Shown here: one piece after another, positions 47,216 through 57,592 of the stretch
Layout of the letters: the number at the start of each line of letters is the position of its first letter
Position numbering within the stretch: position 1 is the stretch's first letter
DNA from: a virus
Taxonomy: Duplodnaviria; Caudoviricetes
DNA: 64,000 nucleotides
Direction: 5' to 3' (one strand)
IMG/VR virus record: IMGVR_UViG_3300050156_000143
Coordinates: 64,001 to 128,000 of that record
Program-made: the position numbers and the translations under genes
Notes under the pieces: generated by a model
Told to the model about the DNA's origin: nothing
Databases searched by the model: none
What the model saw: only the letters and a program-made list of their open reading frames with translations

Positions 47216-49147
47216 TTAGCCCTTTTCCGTGACCTTAGAAACCACGGTTTTTTTCACCGGTTTTTTCACTGTTGTGGTTCTTGGTTGTGTTGGCGTAGTT
47301 TCAGACAACGTTTGCTCCAATGAAGTCCACACTAAGTCGAATTCTTGAGTAAACTTGCCATGAAAAAACGTGCTAGTCACCTTGTTAACGATGAACACAA
47401 TACCAGAGACTTTCGCTGCTTTATTATAATTAAAAAATCTAATATCCCGGTCAACCGTCATGGTGCCACTCGTCATTGAATAATCAACACCTTGATTAAA
47501 CGCGATTTCAATAAAAATCGCACCAGCCGTTGGATTCATGGCATATGAATCTTTGCCTGAAACTAAATTGCGCACCAGATAATCAGGATCGCCCATGATC
47601 GACAATCTTGCACTAAAATAGTCGCTCGGTGATTGTAAACTTGTTTTAACAGCGTTTACCGAGTTTGGTTGGTTTTTTTGTCCACCGCTGCGATTTCCGC
47701 CTGGGGGTAAGTCGGCTTTCGGTTGGTTTGCGGCAATTTGGTTCGTAGAATTTGCATCAACGCCAGCAGTAAAATACAAGTTGTTAAAAGTTTGTTCATA
47801 AGACAGTATCTCAGTGTTTCTCCCGGTAAACCAATAATCATACCGTTTGAACGGGCCTGTATATTTCGACGGATTGGTTACGTATGATGATTTAACATAT
47901 GGAGTAGTGTACGGCTGTATGGTGAAAGTTGTGTTATACGCATAATCAGACAAGACTTCATCAAACCCGAGCACTGTGATCGAGGGTATTACCGAAAACC
48001 ACCTAAATTGGGTTGGGGATTGATTGGTCTGGGTTGCACCAGAAGATTCCAAATTACTAGATTCGGTTTTTGATAGTGCATTTTTAATGTATGCACTGTG
48101 CGCAACAATTTGCTCCAACACATTAGCCAAATGTGTCCCAGTGGAAAATGCCAATACTCGTGAGCCATGCTTGGTTGTACTGTTTTTGGGTGCTGCGCCA
48201 TCGTTTGATTCAATAGTCTTTCCGATGGCTGACATGGGCGCCATTTTCTTAAATGATGATAACTCGGCGTCAGATAATAATTTTGAAGATGGGATATCAG
48301 TGCCAACAAACTTAACGGAAAACGTGTTTGCTATAGTTTTTTTACCAGGCGCACGACGCTTTACTTCACGAGCTGACTCCTGAGCGTTAAGCTGTGGAAT
48401 AAGTCCGTTAGCACCTTTTGCTACCCCATTGACAACATCTTGCACCGTGGCCCCGGATAGAGAAACCTTTGAAATCAAAACCCCTCTTTTTACCCCTTGA
48501 CTGACTCTCAGATTGGTGGTTTCTGCTTCTATATCATACCCAACCATGTGACCGTCCAGTTTGAATTTCATGGACATAAACGTTATGGGATACAGTCGCT
48601 CCAAAATATCACCGGGCCTGATAGACTTTCCAGTTAATATTTTCCCGGCATCGTCGTATCCCACAAATTTCAAGCCAATTGCATAATGTTGATCCAATAC
48701 CCGTATTTGCGATGATATTCCTGGCAATTTGGATGTTTGCTGAACCTTCGCCGCAGCTTGTGTCAATTTGGTGGTAAACGATGCTCCATACGGTTCATAT
48801 ACCTTGAATCGAAACTTGAGAGACATGGGATTCGACGATTCGGTAGCCTGTGCTGAAACAAATGTTTCAAACGTAAGGTCGTCGATGAAGAAATCAGTGT
48901 CGAATCCAGGTGCTCGTTTATTTTGACCAGCATTGTTTATCCCGCCTGATTGCGCCACCAGATAAAACCCGGATGATTCGACGGGAACCACACTACCCAT
49001 TTGTTCAGCGGTGTAATATAGATTGGCCGCCTCTGGACTAATCATATAAAGAGAAATAATATATGTGTAACTCGCAAATTTCCCCAACGGATTGGGATTA
49101 GTTGCAGTAATGGCCTGGGTGGTAGTTTTAACGGCATCATCGTTCAT
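47216..49147 (-). CDS. Baseplate hub-like structural protein
   Basis: NPLGKFASYTY, EPYG, ARLSIMGDPDY, KFTQ; located between gp53-like and gp5-like genes. Confidence 0.65.
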   Translation of the reverse strand: MNDDAVKTTTQAITATNPNPLGKFASYTYIISLYMISPEAANLYYTAEQMGSVVPVESSGFYLVAQSGGINNAGQNKRAPGFDTDFFIDDLTFETFVSAQATESSNPMSLKFRFKVYEPYGASFTTKLTQAAAKVQQTSKLPGISSQIRVLDQHYAIGLKFVGYDDAGKILTGKSIRPGDILERLYPITFMSMKFKLDGHMVGYDIEAETTNLRVSQGVKRGVLISKVSLSGATVQDVVNGVAKGANGLIPQLNAQESAREVKRRAPGKKTIANTFSVKFVGTDIPSSKLLSDAELSSFKKMAPMSAIGKTIESNDGAAPKNSTTKHGSRVLAFSTGTHLANVLEQIVAHSAYIKNALSKTESSNLESSGATQTNQSPTQFRWFSVIPSITVLGFDEVLSDYAYNTTFTIQPYTTPYVKSSYVTNPSKYTGPFKRYDYWFTGRNTEILSYEQTFNNLYFTAGVDANSTNQIAANQPKADLPPGGNRSGGQKNQPNSVNAVKTSLQSPSDYFSARLSIMGDPDYLVRNLVSGKDSYAMNPTAGAIFIEIAFNQGVDYSMTSGTMTVDRDIRFFNYNKAAKVSGIVFIVNKVTSTFFHGKFTQEFDLVWTSLEQTLSETTPTQPRTTTVKKPVKKTVVSKVTEKG

Positions 49148-49148
49148 A

Positions 49149-49442
49149 TTAGAACCCCAGCGCCGCCTTCAACGTGTTGATGTCAGGTATAAAGATAGTG
49201 GTGCCACTAGTGAAGTCAAACAGCGGATCGTCCAATTTGTTAGGATTCCGGTGAGAAAATATCCACCACAGCGCGGCATCACCATACAAATCGAATGCGA
49301 GTAAATCTGGGCGGTGGTTAAATGCTGGAGTAATTGTCCACACAGTATCAGTAGACAGGGATGGAAAATCTCTGTAATCCAATGAGTCCAATACGCCATT
49401 GGTGACACCGGTCGTGCAATATGGGCTGGTGCGTGGGTACAT
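49149..49442 (-). CDS. Baseplate wedge subunit (gp53/LysM-like)
   Basis: RPDLLAFDLYG..LWWIF..RNP motif. Confidence 0.85.
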   Translation of the reverse strand: MYPRTSPYCTTGVTNGVLDSLDYRDFPSLSTDTVWTITPAFNHRPDLLAFDLYGDAALWWIFSHRNPNKLDDPLFDFTSGTTIFIPDINTLKAALGF

Positions 49443-50239
49443 TACCAAATCCCCTTGGAGTTCAATTTGCCACTAGAATACTCAGTCAGGCTGAATACAT
49501 TGCTCATGGCGTCACGAGAAATAATTGGCAAGCACTGTATTTGCATCGACATTTTGGTTGGGATGTATGTTGCAGAACTTGAAGCCAAACTCGCAGTAGC
49601 ATATTCTTGAAATAGTGGTGGAGGAGGTTTTCCACCAGCAGCCAAATTTGCCCCAGTCAATCTAGACAGAATACTTGAAAAAAACCCTTCTTTGGCAGTA
49701 TTACTCGAAGCCGCTGTAGCATTGGTATAAATTTTGTCTGATTTGCACCTAATGTAATCCACATCATTGGGGTAAGTTGGCGAAAAGTTGGTGATCACAA
49801 GTGGGTGATTGTTGAACTGCAACGGGCCAAGGCCAGACAAAAAACATAGAGGAGGTGGAGTTCCGTTTTGGGGATTGCTGTCTTGACCATAAAACATCTT
49901 GGTCAACGATTTGAAAAAAAACATTGTTGCCAAGACATATTCCGCTTCAGCAGTGTCTTGTGCAGTGAAATCACACGTTATTGATACCTGGCCCACATCA
50001 CTGTTTTTATACTGGTATAGCTTATAGTTTGAATGCGTTAAATCAGTCGCGTCGTAATTTGCGGAATACGATACGGTAATCTGGGGAGTATACGGAAAAA
50101 TCACACCATTGGTCTCAACCAAGGGGTATAACACATGCGAGCTAGTGATTCCAGGGGATTTGTATAAGTAGTTTGCTTCTGGTGCGAGTTTTAGGCGCAC
50201 TCGCCAATCTGCCTGGTGCGTATCCGTTTGAGTATCCAT
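49442..50239 (-). CDS. Tail tube initiator/baseplate protein (gp48/gp54-like)
   Basis: GVIFPYTP, YDATDLTHSNY, GTPPPLCFLSGLG, HPLVITNF; TAAATA 4 nt upstream. Confidence 0.7.
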   Translation of the reverse strand: MDTQTDTHQADWRVRLKLAPEANYLYKSPGITSSHVLYPLVETNGVIFPYTPQITVSYSANYDATDLTHSNYKLYQYKNSDVGQVSITCDFTAQDTAEAEYVLATMFFFKSLTKMFYGQDSNPQNGTPPPLCFLSGLGPLQFNNHPLVITNFSPTYPNDVDYIRCKSDKIYTNATAASSNTAKEGFFSSILSRLTGANLAAGGKPPPPLFQEYATASLASSSATYIPTKMSMQIQCLPIISRDAMSNVFSLTEYSSGKLNSKGIW

Positions 50240-50243
50240 ATCA

Positions 50244-50249
50244 TATTTA
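50244..50249 (-). promoter_or_regulatory. Late promoter TAAATA heading the baseplate operon
   Basis: 4 nt before ATG 50239. Confidence 0.7.
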
Positions 50250-50270
50250 GTGAGTGGATTTTGGGGGTTA

Positions 50271-50279
50271 TGTTATAAT
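50271..50279 (+). promoter_or_regulatory. Extended -10 promoter TGtTATAAT for the sigma/gp47/gp46 operon
   Basis: Consensus match, divergent from the late promoter. Confidence 0.65.
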
Positions 50280-50296
50280 TTACCCAAAGGATTACA

Positions 50297-51112
50297 ATGT
50301 CAACTCAACGCAAGCCCGTAAATTACCTCAACAACGCAGATTTACTCAGAGAAATTCACGCCAGTAAACGCACGTATTGTGCGTATCTTGATGGTATGTA
50401 TGATTATGATGCCATCGTGCATGCAGTTGATGTGCCACCATCAGATTGGCCCTCACTGATTACACCAGACGTACTCGAACTCGCAATCAAAACTCGCGCA
50501 GCGAGGTTAAACACTACTGAGGTCGAACCGTCTGAGCTAGTGTTCAGAATGATGACCTGGGAACATATTCCACTCGTGCCAACCCCACCTAGCAAATCAG
50601 CGAAGAAAACCCTTGCGCAACAAACGTTTGAACAATCTGAGGAAGAAATTGCAACAGAAGAAGTGGTGAAAGAGCAACGCGCCCGTGTGAATTTTCCACC
50701 ATTTCAACAAATTCGTTTAACACCCGAGTCGGTTGAGGTGGTGGCCAAATCGCATTGGCGAGGTGATCTAGACGGTGGAATGTTCTGTTCAGATCATGGT
50801 ACACTCACCAATGCGTTGGCCAAGATGTTCATAACCTTGTGCCAACGTTATGCGAGCAAGTATAATTTCCGTGGTTACAGCTACAATGATGAACTAGTCG
50901 GCAGCGCCATTTTGCAATTAACATATGTTGGGTTACGTTTCAATGAGGCAAAGTCTGCAAACCCGTTTGCATTTTTCACTACAGTGATGAGCAATGCGTT
51001 TAAACGGGTGTTAGTCATCGAGAAAAAGTCGCAAACAATACGCGATGATCTAATGGAAATGAGTAATTTAAACCCTAGTTGGTCAAGAACCAATATATTT
51101 TCCGAGGAGTGA
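50297..51112 (+). CDS. Late-transcription sigma factor (T4 gp55-like)
   Basis: NYLNNADLL, NFRGYSYNDEL, RFNEAKSANPFAFFT..NAFKR..EKK. Confidence 0.85.
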   Translation: MSTQRKPVNYLNNADLLREIHASKRTYCAYLDGMYDYDAIVHAVDVPPSDWPSLITPDVLELAIKTRAARLNTTEVEPSELVFRMMTWEHIPLVPTPPSKSAKKTLAQQTFEQSEEEIATEEVVKEQRARVNFPPFQQIRLTPESVEVVAKSHWRGDLDGGMFCSDHGTLTNALAKMFITLCQRYASKYNFRGYSYNDELVGSAILQLTYVGLRFNEAKSANPFAFFTTVMSNAFKRVLVIEKKSQTIRDDLMEMSNLNPSWSRTNIFSEE

Positions 51113-51120
51113 TTTTTACC

Positions 51121-52128
51121 TTGAATTTGTTCAAAAAAGCTGCAATCTGTACAGATTTGCACGTGGGTCTAAAGTCAAATTCAGTGACCCACAACGAAGA
51201 CTGCTTAAATTTCATCACATGGTTTTGTGACACTGCGAAACAAACTGGCTGTGAAACTTGTTTATTTTTGGGAGATTGGCATCATCACCGTGCAACCATC
51301 AACGTGTTATCTCTAGGATATTCCGCCAAATGTTTGGACATTTTGAGTAAAACGTTTGATGTAGTTTACTTGCTCATCGGGAATCACGATTTGTATTTCC
51401 GTGATAAACGGGACACTCACTCCATGATTTGGGCAAAACAGTATCCGAACATCGTGCTAATCAATGAGGTGACGGAAATTGGCGATGTTACGTTGGTGCC
51501 GTGGTTAGTCCAGAATGAATACGAAGGTTTGGCCAAAAAGTCCAGCAAATACTTATTTGGCCACCTTGAACTCCCACATTTCTTCATGAATTCACTGGTA
51601 GTGATGCCAGATCATGGCGGACTCAATTTGGATCACATCACCAACTATGAGCAAGTGTTTTCTGGGCACTTTCATAAGAGGCAATTCAAGAAAAATGTTT
51701 GCTATGTTGGGAACTGTTTTCCGCATAATTTCGCAGATGTTGGCGATGATGAACGTGGGATGGGCATATTAGAATGGGGCAAACCCATTGAGTTCAAATC
51801 TTGGCCTGGGCAGCCTGTATTCAGGAATTATAAACTAAGCACAATTCTAGACAATCCCGGATTATTGTTGCCAAATTCTCACATCAAGGTTGATTTGGAT
51901 ATTGGTATATCATATGACGAAGCATTGTTCATCCGTGAACAACTGATTCCAGAATATTGTCTACGGGAAATGTCGCTGATACAGCCAAAAACGTTCGATT
52001 CGACTTTGGGAGAGTTTGACAAAATAGACAACGAACCCACTGAGCAAATTATTCACGCACAGATAGCAAGTGTACAGAGCGACTTTTTCGACCCAGCCTT
52101 GCTATTGGAAATTTACCACGCACTATGA
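51121..52128 (+). CDS. Recombination endonuclease (T4 gp47/SbcD/Mre11-like)
   Basis: TDLH, LGDWHH, GNHD, GHLE, SGHFH metallophosphoesterase motifs. Confidence 0.92.
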   Translation: MNLFKKAAICTDLHVGLKSNSVTHNEDCLNFITWFCDTAKQTGCETCLFLGDWHHHRATINVLSLGYSAKCLDILSKTFDVVYLLIGNHDLYFRDKRDTHSMIWAKQYPNIVLINEVTEIGDVTLVPWLVQNEYEGLAKKSSKYLFGHLELPHFFMNSLVVMPDHGGLNLDHITNYEQVFSGHFHKRQFKKNVCYVGNCFPHNFADVGDDERGMGILEWGKPIEFKSWPGQPVFRNYKLSTILDNPGLLLPNSHIKVDLDIGISYDEALFIREQLIPEYCLREMSLIQPKTFDSTLGEFDKIDNEPTEQIIHAQIASVQSDFFDPALLLEIYHAL

Positions 52129-54185
52129 TCCAGTTTAATACCTTAACGTTAAAGAACTTTTTACTCATTGGGCAACTCACCCAAACTATCAACCTGAACA
52201 AATCAGATTTGACCCTCATTTTGGGGGACAATTTGGACATGGGGGGCGATGGTTCTAGAAACGGGGCTGGCAAGAGCACAATTTTTCAAGGACTTAGCTA
52301 TGTCTTATTTGGAAAACCACTCACCAGTATTCGCAAAGATTTGCTCATCAATCGCACCAATACTAGAAACATGTTGGTCACACTGGATTTCACGATTGGA
52401 TCAAAAAAGTATCGCATTGAGAGGGGAAGAAAGCCCAATGTGTTTCGGTTTGAGGTGGATGGGCACGATAAATCCGACAAAAACGATGCCCAGGGCGATA
52501 GTCGTGAAACTCAAGCTGCAATTGAACAAGAACTGAACATGAGCCACGAAATGTTCAAACAAATTGTGGCACTCAACACCTACAACACCCCATTCCTGGA
52601 AATGCCGGTGAGTGAACAACGTGCCATCATTGAGCAACTATTGGGTATCACCATGCTCAGTGAAAAGGCAAAACTCCTGAAAGATAAAATCAAAGAAACC
52701 GCTGATGTGGTGTTATCAGAAGAGTTTCGCATCAAAGGGGTGGTGGAAGCCAATAAGCGAATTGTTGAACAAATCGAGAGTCTAAAAGTTCGTCAGGCCG
52801 CTTGGAAAACAAAATCGCAGTCAGATTTAGCAACGCTGTTGGCACGGCATGATGTCATGTCAGAACTAGCCGTTGATTCCGAGCTACAAGCCCATCAGTT
52901 GAAAAAAACGATAACGGAATACAGTCAAAACCATCGTCGTTACAAAGATGCGGTAACGATGAGTTCAAAATGGCAACGCACGCATGCAGCGGATATTACC
53001 AAAGCCGAGAATCAACTAACCAAACTGCGCGAACTTGACATTAAGTCAGAACTAGAAAATCATGAAAAACTGGCTGAGTACAATAAAGCAGTTTCAGAGC
53101 AACAAGACATTGATTCTAAGATCACTAAACTCACTAAAGAGCTGTCCAAGGAAGAAAAGAATTTAGCCAAGTTAATCACAGAGGTAGATTCATTATCAGA
53201 CCATCGTTGTTACGCCTGTGGGCAATCCTTCCACGATTCTGGACATAATGCAGTATTACGAGCCAAACAAACTGCACTAGCCGATGCGAAACGAGTGGTT
53301 TCAGAATGTTCCCAACAGTTGGGAACTTTGAAGGCCATTGTGTTCGATATAGGGGCAAAACCCGTCACTCATTATGCTTCCATCACCGATGCGACCATGC
53401 ACCAAATGAGTGTCACGAATGCGCAAACTAAGTTGAGTGATTTGGGGGTATTGGAAAATCCCCATGAAAAAATGGTAGAGAGTTTGCAGCAATTTGCTGC
53501 GCCACCTGTATCTCTACCCGTGACTTATTACGATAATGAGACCGATGCAATTGCCCACCGAGAAAAGTTGGAACACCTTGAATTCCAAATTTTGGAGAAA
53601 AGTGTAGAAACTGATCCATACGCTGAACAGTTGGAGGATATGAACACAAACGCACTCCAGGTGGTGGACTATGCAAAAATGAATGAAATGACGCGGTTGG
53701 TGGATCACCAAAAGTTTTTGCTCGATTTGTTAGTTAACAAAGACTCATTCATTAGAAAGCGCATCATCGATCAAAATTTGTCACATTTGAATTCAAGACT
53801 GACTCACTATCTTGACAAAATCGGGTTACCGCATAAAGTAGTATTCTTGAATGATCTGAGTGTCGAAATTACTGAATTTGGTCGAGACTTAGACTATGGG
53901 AATTTGAGTCGGGGAGAATCCAATAGGCTAATTTTGGCGCTTAGTTTCGCATTTAGAGATATTTGGGAATCGATTTATTCACCGATTAACATCGTATGTG
54001 TGGACGAACTCATTGATTCCGGGCTGGACATTGTGGGGGTCGAAAATGCACTAGCAATGCTCAAAGACATGACACACACACGGGGAAAATCGTGTTGGCT
54101 CATTAGCCACCGAGAAGAACTTGCGGGTCGAGTGCAGCACATTGTCAAGGCCGTTAAACAAAACGGGTTTGGAAGCTATACCTGA
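52125..54185 (+). CDS. Recombination ATPase (T4 gp46/SbcC/Rad50-like)
   Basis: Walker A NGAGKST, zinc hook CYAC, signature LSRGE, Walker B VDE..D, ISH. Confidence 0.92.
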   Translation: MIQFNTLTLKNFLLIGQLTQTINLNKSDLTLILGDNLDMGGDGSRNGAGKSTIFQGLSYVLFGKPLTSIRKDLLINRTNTRNMLVTLDFTIGSKKYRIERGRKPNVFRFEVDGHDKSDKNDAQGDSRETQAAIEQELNMSHEMFKQIVALNTYNTPFLEMPVSEQRAIIEQLLGITMLSEKAKLLKDKIKETADVVLSEEFRIKGVVEANKRIVEQIESLKVRQAAWKTKSQSDLATLLARHDVMSELAVDSELQAHQLKKTITEYSQNHRRYKDAVTMSSKWQRTHAADITKAENQLTKLRELDIKSELENHEKLAEYNKAVSEQQDIDSKITKLTKELSKEEKNLAKLITEVDSLSDHRCYACGQSFHDSGHNAVLRAKQTALADAKRVVSECSQQLGTLKAIVFDIGAKPVTHYASITDATMHQMSVTNAQTKLSDLGVLENPHEKMVESLQQFAAPPVSLPVTYYDNETDAIAHREKLEHLEFQILEKSVETDPYAEQLEDMNTNALQVVDYAKMNEMTRLVDHQKFLLDLLVNKDSFIRKRIIDQNLSHLNSRLTHYLDKIGLPHKVVFLNDLSVEITEFGRDLDYGNLSRGESNRLILALSFAFRDIWESIYSPINIVCVDELIDSGLDIVGVENALAMLKDMTHTRGKSCWLISHREELAGRVQHIVKAVKQNGFGSYT

Positions 54186-54201
54186 CCGTTTTACTCTGGT
54201 T

Positions 54202-54231
54202 TTGCCAGGTTTGGAGAAGTTGTTGTACACT
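54202..54231 (+). promoter_or_regulatory. sigma70-type promoter TTGCCA-18-TACACT
   Basis: Consensus-like, upstream of AGGAG SD and ATG 54264. Confidence 0.6.
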
Positions 54232-54263
54232 GTGTTCATCAACATAGTTTTTAGGAGACCCAC

Positions 54264-54671
54264 ATGACCCGAGTATCAGTGAATGAGGCCGCTTTGCGCA
54301 AAGTGTTGGACATTTTGTCGCAATCTGGGCTACCCGCGCTCAATTTGGCAGGCGCAGCGTTAGAAAACAGCATCGAACCATTGGTGGTGAAACCGATTGA
54401 TGACGTCTTGACGGAAATCGCCACTGCCAATGTGATTCCGGTGGATGACACTTTGCAACCAAATACCGACTATTGGTTGTGCAATTACTCACATGAAGTG
54501 GATAGCGTGAAGGTTCAACTGTCTAAAATCAACTTTGTACGCATAAACCGACGGCTCATGCAGGACGAACACTCCGCGAATAATGTGGTAAGTGTTGAAG
54601 TAATGGACTCCGGTGGCGGGGTATACACCCTGTATCCAGGGGAATTCTTGTACAACGTTGATCCAACTTAA
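54264..54671 (+). CDS. Hypothetical protein
   Basis: ORF track; SD. Confidence 0.75.
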   Translation: MTRVSVNEAALRKVLDILSQSGLPALNLAGAALENSIEPLVVKPIDDVLTEIATANVIPVDDTLQPNTDYWLCNYSHEVDSVKVQLSKINFVRINRRLMQDEHSANNVVSVEVMDSGGGVYTLYPGEFLYNVDPT

Positions 54672-54690
54672 CTTCACCGTGGAGAGCACT

Positions 54691-55089
54691 ATGGGATTCA
54701 AATTTAATGGCGATGTATATCAATGGTCTAAACCAAAGTTGGCCGCATATTGGCAAGAAACGTTGACACGGCGCATGCCGCTTTATGATGAGGCCGAACG
54801 ACTGCGCAGCGTGCTTACCCATTTTTGGGTGGAATCTGGAAGTGAAGACCCGATTGACCAATTTGTCGTAACTGCAAAACGTCCATTCGGCAACAAAGAC
54901 GTGCTAGCGTCAATTGTATTCAATCTTGGATGGGATTGGTTTCGAGTTGGCTCCCAATGGGAAATCCCCGAGTATGTCCAGGATGAGGCGGCTAACGTGT
55001 TGCAAGCCTTGATGGACGAATATTTCCAAGGGGTACAACACCCCGTAGTGGTCGGATGGAGGGCGTATCGGGACGGGACATTTGAATGA
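54691..55089 (+). CDS. Hypothetical protein
   Basis: Start re-assigned (GGAG SD). Confidence 0.7.
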   Translation: MGFKFNGDVYQWSKPKLAAYWQETLTRRMPLYDEAERLRSVLTHFWVESGSEDPIDQFVVTAKRPFGNKDVLASIVFNLGWDWFRVGSQWEIPEYVQDEAANVLQALMDEYFQGVQHPVVVGWRAYRDGTFE

Positions 55090-55382
55090 GCGCCAATAGC
55101 CGTAGAGTGGTATGCGCCGCAATTCGAGCATCCGATGGTGATGTATTAACCGGAATTAGGCACTATAGCCCAGACATGCGGCGCCAAATTAAAATGCGCT
55201 ACGATGGAGAAAAGTTCATGCGCCGTAGAGGCGACGATCAGGGATTTGTTGACCAACACGGGACATACATGACTAGACAAGAGGCATATCAAGTTGCCCA
55301 AGACGCTGGGCAACCGATTGACGAATCAGCGTGCGCGTCCATTGGTGGGAAACTTTGTCTTTACTCTGAAGCGGTGTATTGA
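55086..55382 (+). CDS. Hypothetical protein
   Basis: ATGA overlap; VVCAAIR..GIRHY..QGFVDQ.G.YMTR.EA motif. Confidence 0.75.
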   Translation: MSANSRRVVCAAIRASDGDVLTGIRHYSPDMRRQIKMRYDGEKFMRRRGDDQGFVDQHGTYMTRQEAYQVAQDAGQPIDESACASIGGKLCLYSEAVY

Positions 55383-55431
55383 TGTTCAGGCCTTTTTATG
55401 TGCAATACCATTAACGTGGGGGGTGGATTTT

Positions 55432-55641
55432 ATGGAGCAACCGAATCGATGGCATTGGTGGCAACTCAAGGGAGCTGCTAACCGGGAACACCCCATTCGG
55501 GAGAAGATTGGATGGTACTTTGTCTCTCTATCTGGTTTTGGATTATTGGGGTTCGTTGATGACTATGGGAATTTGTATTGCCCAAAATTCCCCCCAGGGC
55601 GCATCATCGCGCCGATCAGAATGAAGGTCGAAACCATGTGA
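55432..55641 (+). CDS. Small hypothetical protein
   Basis: ATG after GGGGGTGG; part of track ORF 55294..55641. Confidence 0.5.
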   Translation: MEQPNRWHWWQLKGAANREHPIREKIGWYFVSLSGFGLLGFVDDYGNLYCPKFPPGRIIAPIRMKVETM

Positions 55642-55653
55642 TTAAATATGACA

Positions 55654-56103
55654 ATGAAAATGTCCGATTTACTCGCGTTGCCATTGCTACCAGGAACTGC
55701 GCCGATTCCTCTGCATCAAGTGTATAGGTTTCATTGCACTGATCCATCCAATATCCCGTCTATCATTAAGAATGGGCTAGTGATGACCTCGGCCCAAGGA
55801 ATCGAAGGGCCGCGAGCGATCTATTCTTGGCCCACGTTTGAGAAGGCACAGTTGTATTCAAATCGTGCGATTGTAGAGTTTTACGACAGTGAGCAAAACT
55901 ACGAACCTGGTGGAGTAGGGAACCCGTATTTCACTACGTCATCGATCCCGCCGTCACATATACTGGCAGTACACTATCCGTGGCATAATCTTGCGAGGTA
56001 TGTGATCGAACACCGCATACCTCGTGAACAAGTCGGTGAGTTCCTAGAGTTCGATAACTATAAAAAAGTGTACGATTGGATGGTGGCCAACCACATCGAA
56101 TAG
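55654..56103 (+). CDS. ART-fold (H-Y clade-like) protein
   Basis: TAAATA (55643-55648) 5 nt before ATG; RFHCT..SIIKNGL..AIYSW pattern. Confidence 0.6.
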   Translation: MKMSDLLALPLLPGTAPIPLHQVYRFHCTDPSNIPSIIKNGLVMTSAQGIEGPRAIYSWPTFEKAQLYSNRAIVEFYDSEQNYEPGGVGNPYFTTSSIPPSHILAVHYPWHNLARYVIEHRIPREQVGEFLEFDNYKKVYDWMVANHIE

Positions 56104-56162
56104 CAGGCCGTAGTTCGACTAGATGTCACAGTTAAATTCCTGACAAATTTGGTCTGGAATGT

Positions 56163-56192
56163 TTGCACTCAACTTGGTTCCCATAGTATGAT
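56163..56192 (+). promoter_or_regulatory. sigma70-type promoter TTGCAC-18-TATGAT
   Basis: Heads the early gene cluster starting at 56221. Confidence 0.6.
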
Positions 56193-56220
56193 TGCATCAC
56201 TGACTCACCGGGAACCAACC

Positions 56221-56763
56221 ATGAACAACGCCACCGCCGATTTTGATTTTCTATCTGAACTGTATGGAACACCAGTGCAAGAAAACATTGGCACCACGTT
56301 GAAGTCCGCTGTGATGTCATCTGACAGTATCATTGCGGCTCTCATGGTTGCGTTGGACGACGCAACAACCCGTCTCAATATCATTCTCGCAAAAACATAC
56401 AAACCAAACCCCAAAACCGTGGCTCTTAACGGCGATGGGCCAGCCAAGCGCGAGTCCATGTCTATCACGGATATCAATGCGTCTAAAAAGCGTAAGCAAA
56501 AGGCCGCAACAGAGTCTGAAATCGTTGCCATTCAATCTGTTATACAACTTGCGCAGGCCGATTGCCCTAAATTGGTCGCAATCATCAACACGGTGCATGA
56601 CCTGGCACAGCAATATGTGGCCAACAAGACTGCGCGAGTGGCTACCACCGTGGGTGGCATGTTTGAATATCTGATCTTGAAAGAACTTGGCATTCAACCC
56701 GCAGATGGATCATTCACCACTCACCCGGTCAGCAAAATATTGCTGACTCTGGTCGCACCATAA
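56221..56763 (+). CDS. Hypothetical protein
   Basis: Start re-assigned downstream of promoter. Confidence 0.7.
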   Translation: MNNATADFDFLSELYGTPVQENIGTTLKSAVMSSDSIIAALMVALDDATTRLNIILAKTYKPNPKTVALNGDGPAKRESMSITDINASKKRKQKAATESEIVAIQSVIQLAQADCPKLVAIINTVHDLAQQYVANKTARVATTVGGMFEYLILKELGIQPADGSFTTHPVSKILLTLVAP

Positions 56764-56792
56764 ACCCCTTGGCCAACACTGAAGGAAACACC

Positions 56793-57140
56793 ATGAACTT
56801 CACTCCCAAATTCTCCCTTGGACAAGCCGTCTACTACCCGCATCAAGGTGGGGTATTTCGTGACACGATCAAACGTATCGAATACGAATTGGTAAACGAT
56901 GTTCCCACGGTGTCTTACACGCTGTTCAACCTGTCATGTCACCCCGAAGACAAATTGGTAGCCACGTTGCAGGAGTGGTGGAAGGGAAGCGCTGGCCAGG
57001 TTGAGGCAGTAGGCCCACCCAATGCCCATGTACCGGATAGTGATGGATGGGCAAAATGGGACTTTTCATCCCCGGATGGCCCCATTGGTTTGGGTGGTAC
57101 ATGGTGTGACAATCAACAACGATACCACCCTGGAATGTAG
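56793..57140 (+). CDS. Hypothetical protein
   Basis: AAGGA SD. Confidence 0.7.
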   Translation: MNFTPKFSLGQAVYYPHQGGVFRDTIKRIEYELVNDVPTVSYTLFNLSCHPEDKLVATLQEWWKGSAGQVEAVGPPNAHVPDSDGWAKWDFSSPDGPIGLGGTWCDNQQRYHPGM

Positions 57141-57142
57141 GT

Positions 57143-57256
57143 ATGGAATGCCACCATCTACCTCTATCGATATCTCGGATGTGGGTGAATGGAGGTGGCG
57201 AGATTTGGGCGCGAGATACAACATTCAATCATTTCGTCTGTGTAAATGACATATGA
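57143..57256 (+). CDS. 37-aa hypothetical protein missed by the ORF track
   Basis: MECHHLPLSISRMWVNGGGEIWARDTTFNHFVCVNDI; fills gap exactly; ATGA overlap with next gene. Confidence 0.45.
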   Translation: MECHHLPLSISRMWVNGGGEIWARDTTFNHFVCVNDI

Positions 57257-57579
57257 AAATCGTTAAACAAATTGTCTTAAACCGTTGCTATGGTGGTTTC
57301 AGCCTGTCTAAGCAGGCATGGGAACTGTATCTCCAAGCTAAGGGCTTACCATGTTCACGGTGGGACTGTGGACACCCAATGGACGCCCAAGGTCGTCATT
57401 ACCCTGATCCAGAACGTGACGACCCAGTATTGATTGATATTGTTGAAAAACTTGGGAACAATGCTTCTGGACAGTGCTCAAATCTTGAAGTGGCTACTGT
57501 CACTGTAACGATCGACCTGTCCAATTTCGACGGCAAAGAATCGGTGGCGTCAGCGCATGTACACACCGAATTCGATTAA
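57253..57579 (+). CDS. Phage hypothetical protein
   Basis: IVLNRCYGGFSLS..RDDPVLIDIVEKLG motif. Confidence 0.75.
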   Translation: MKIVKQIVLNRCYGGFSLSKQAWELYLQAKGLPCSRWDCGHPMDAQGRHYPDPERDDPVLIDIVEKLGNNASGQCSNLEVATVTVTIDLSNFDGKESVASAHVHTEFD

Positions 57580-57592
57580 CAAGGAGAAAGCG

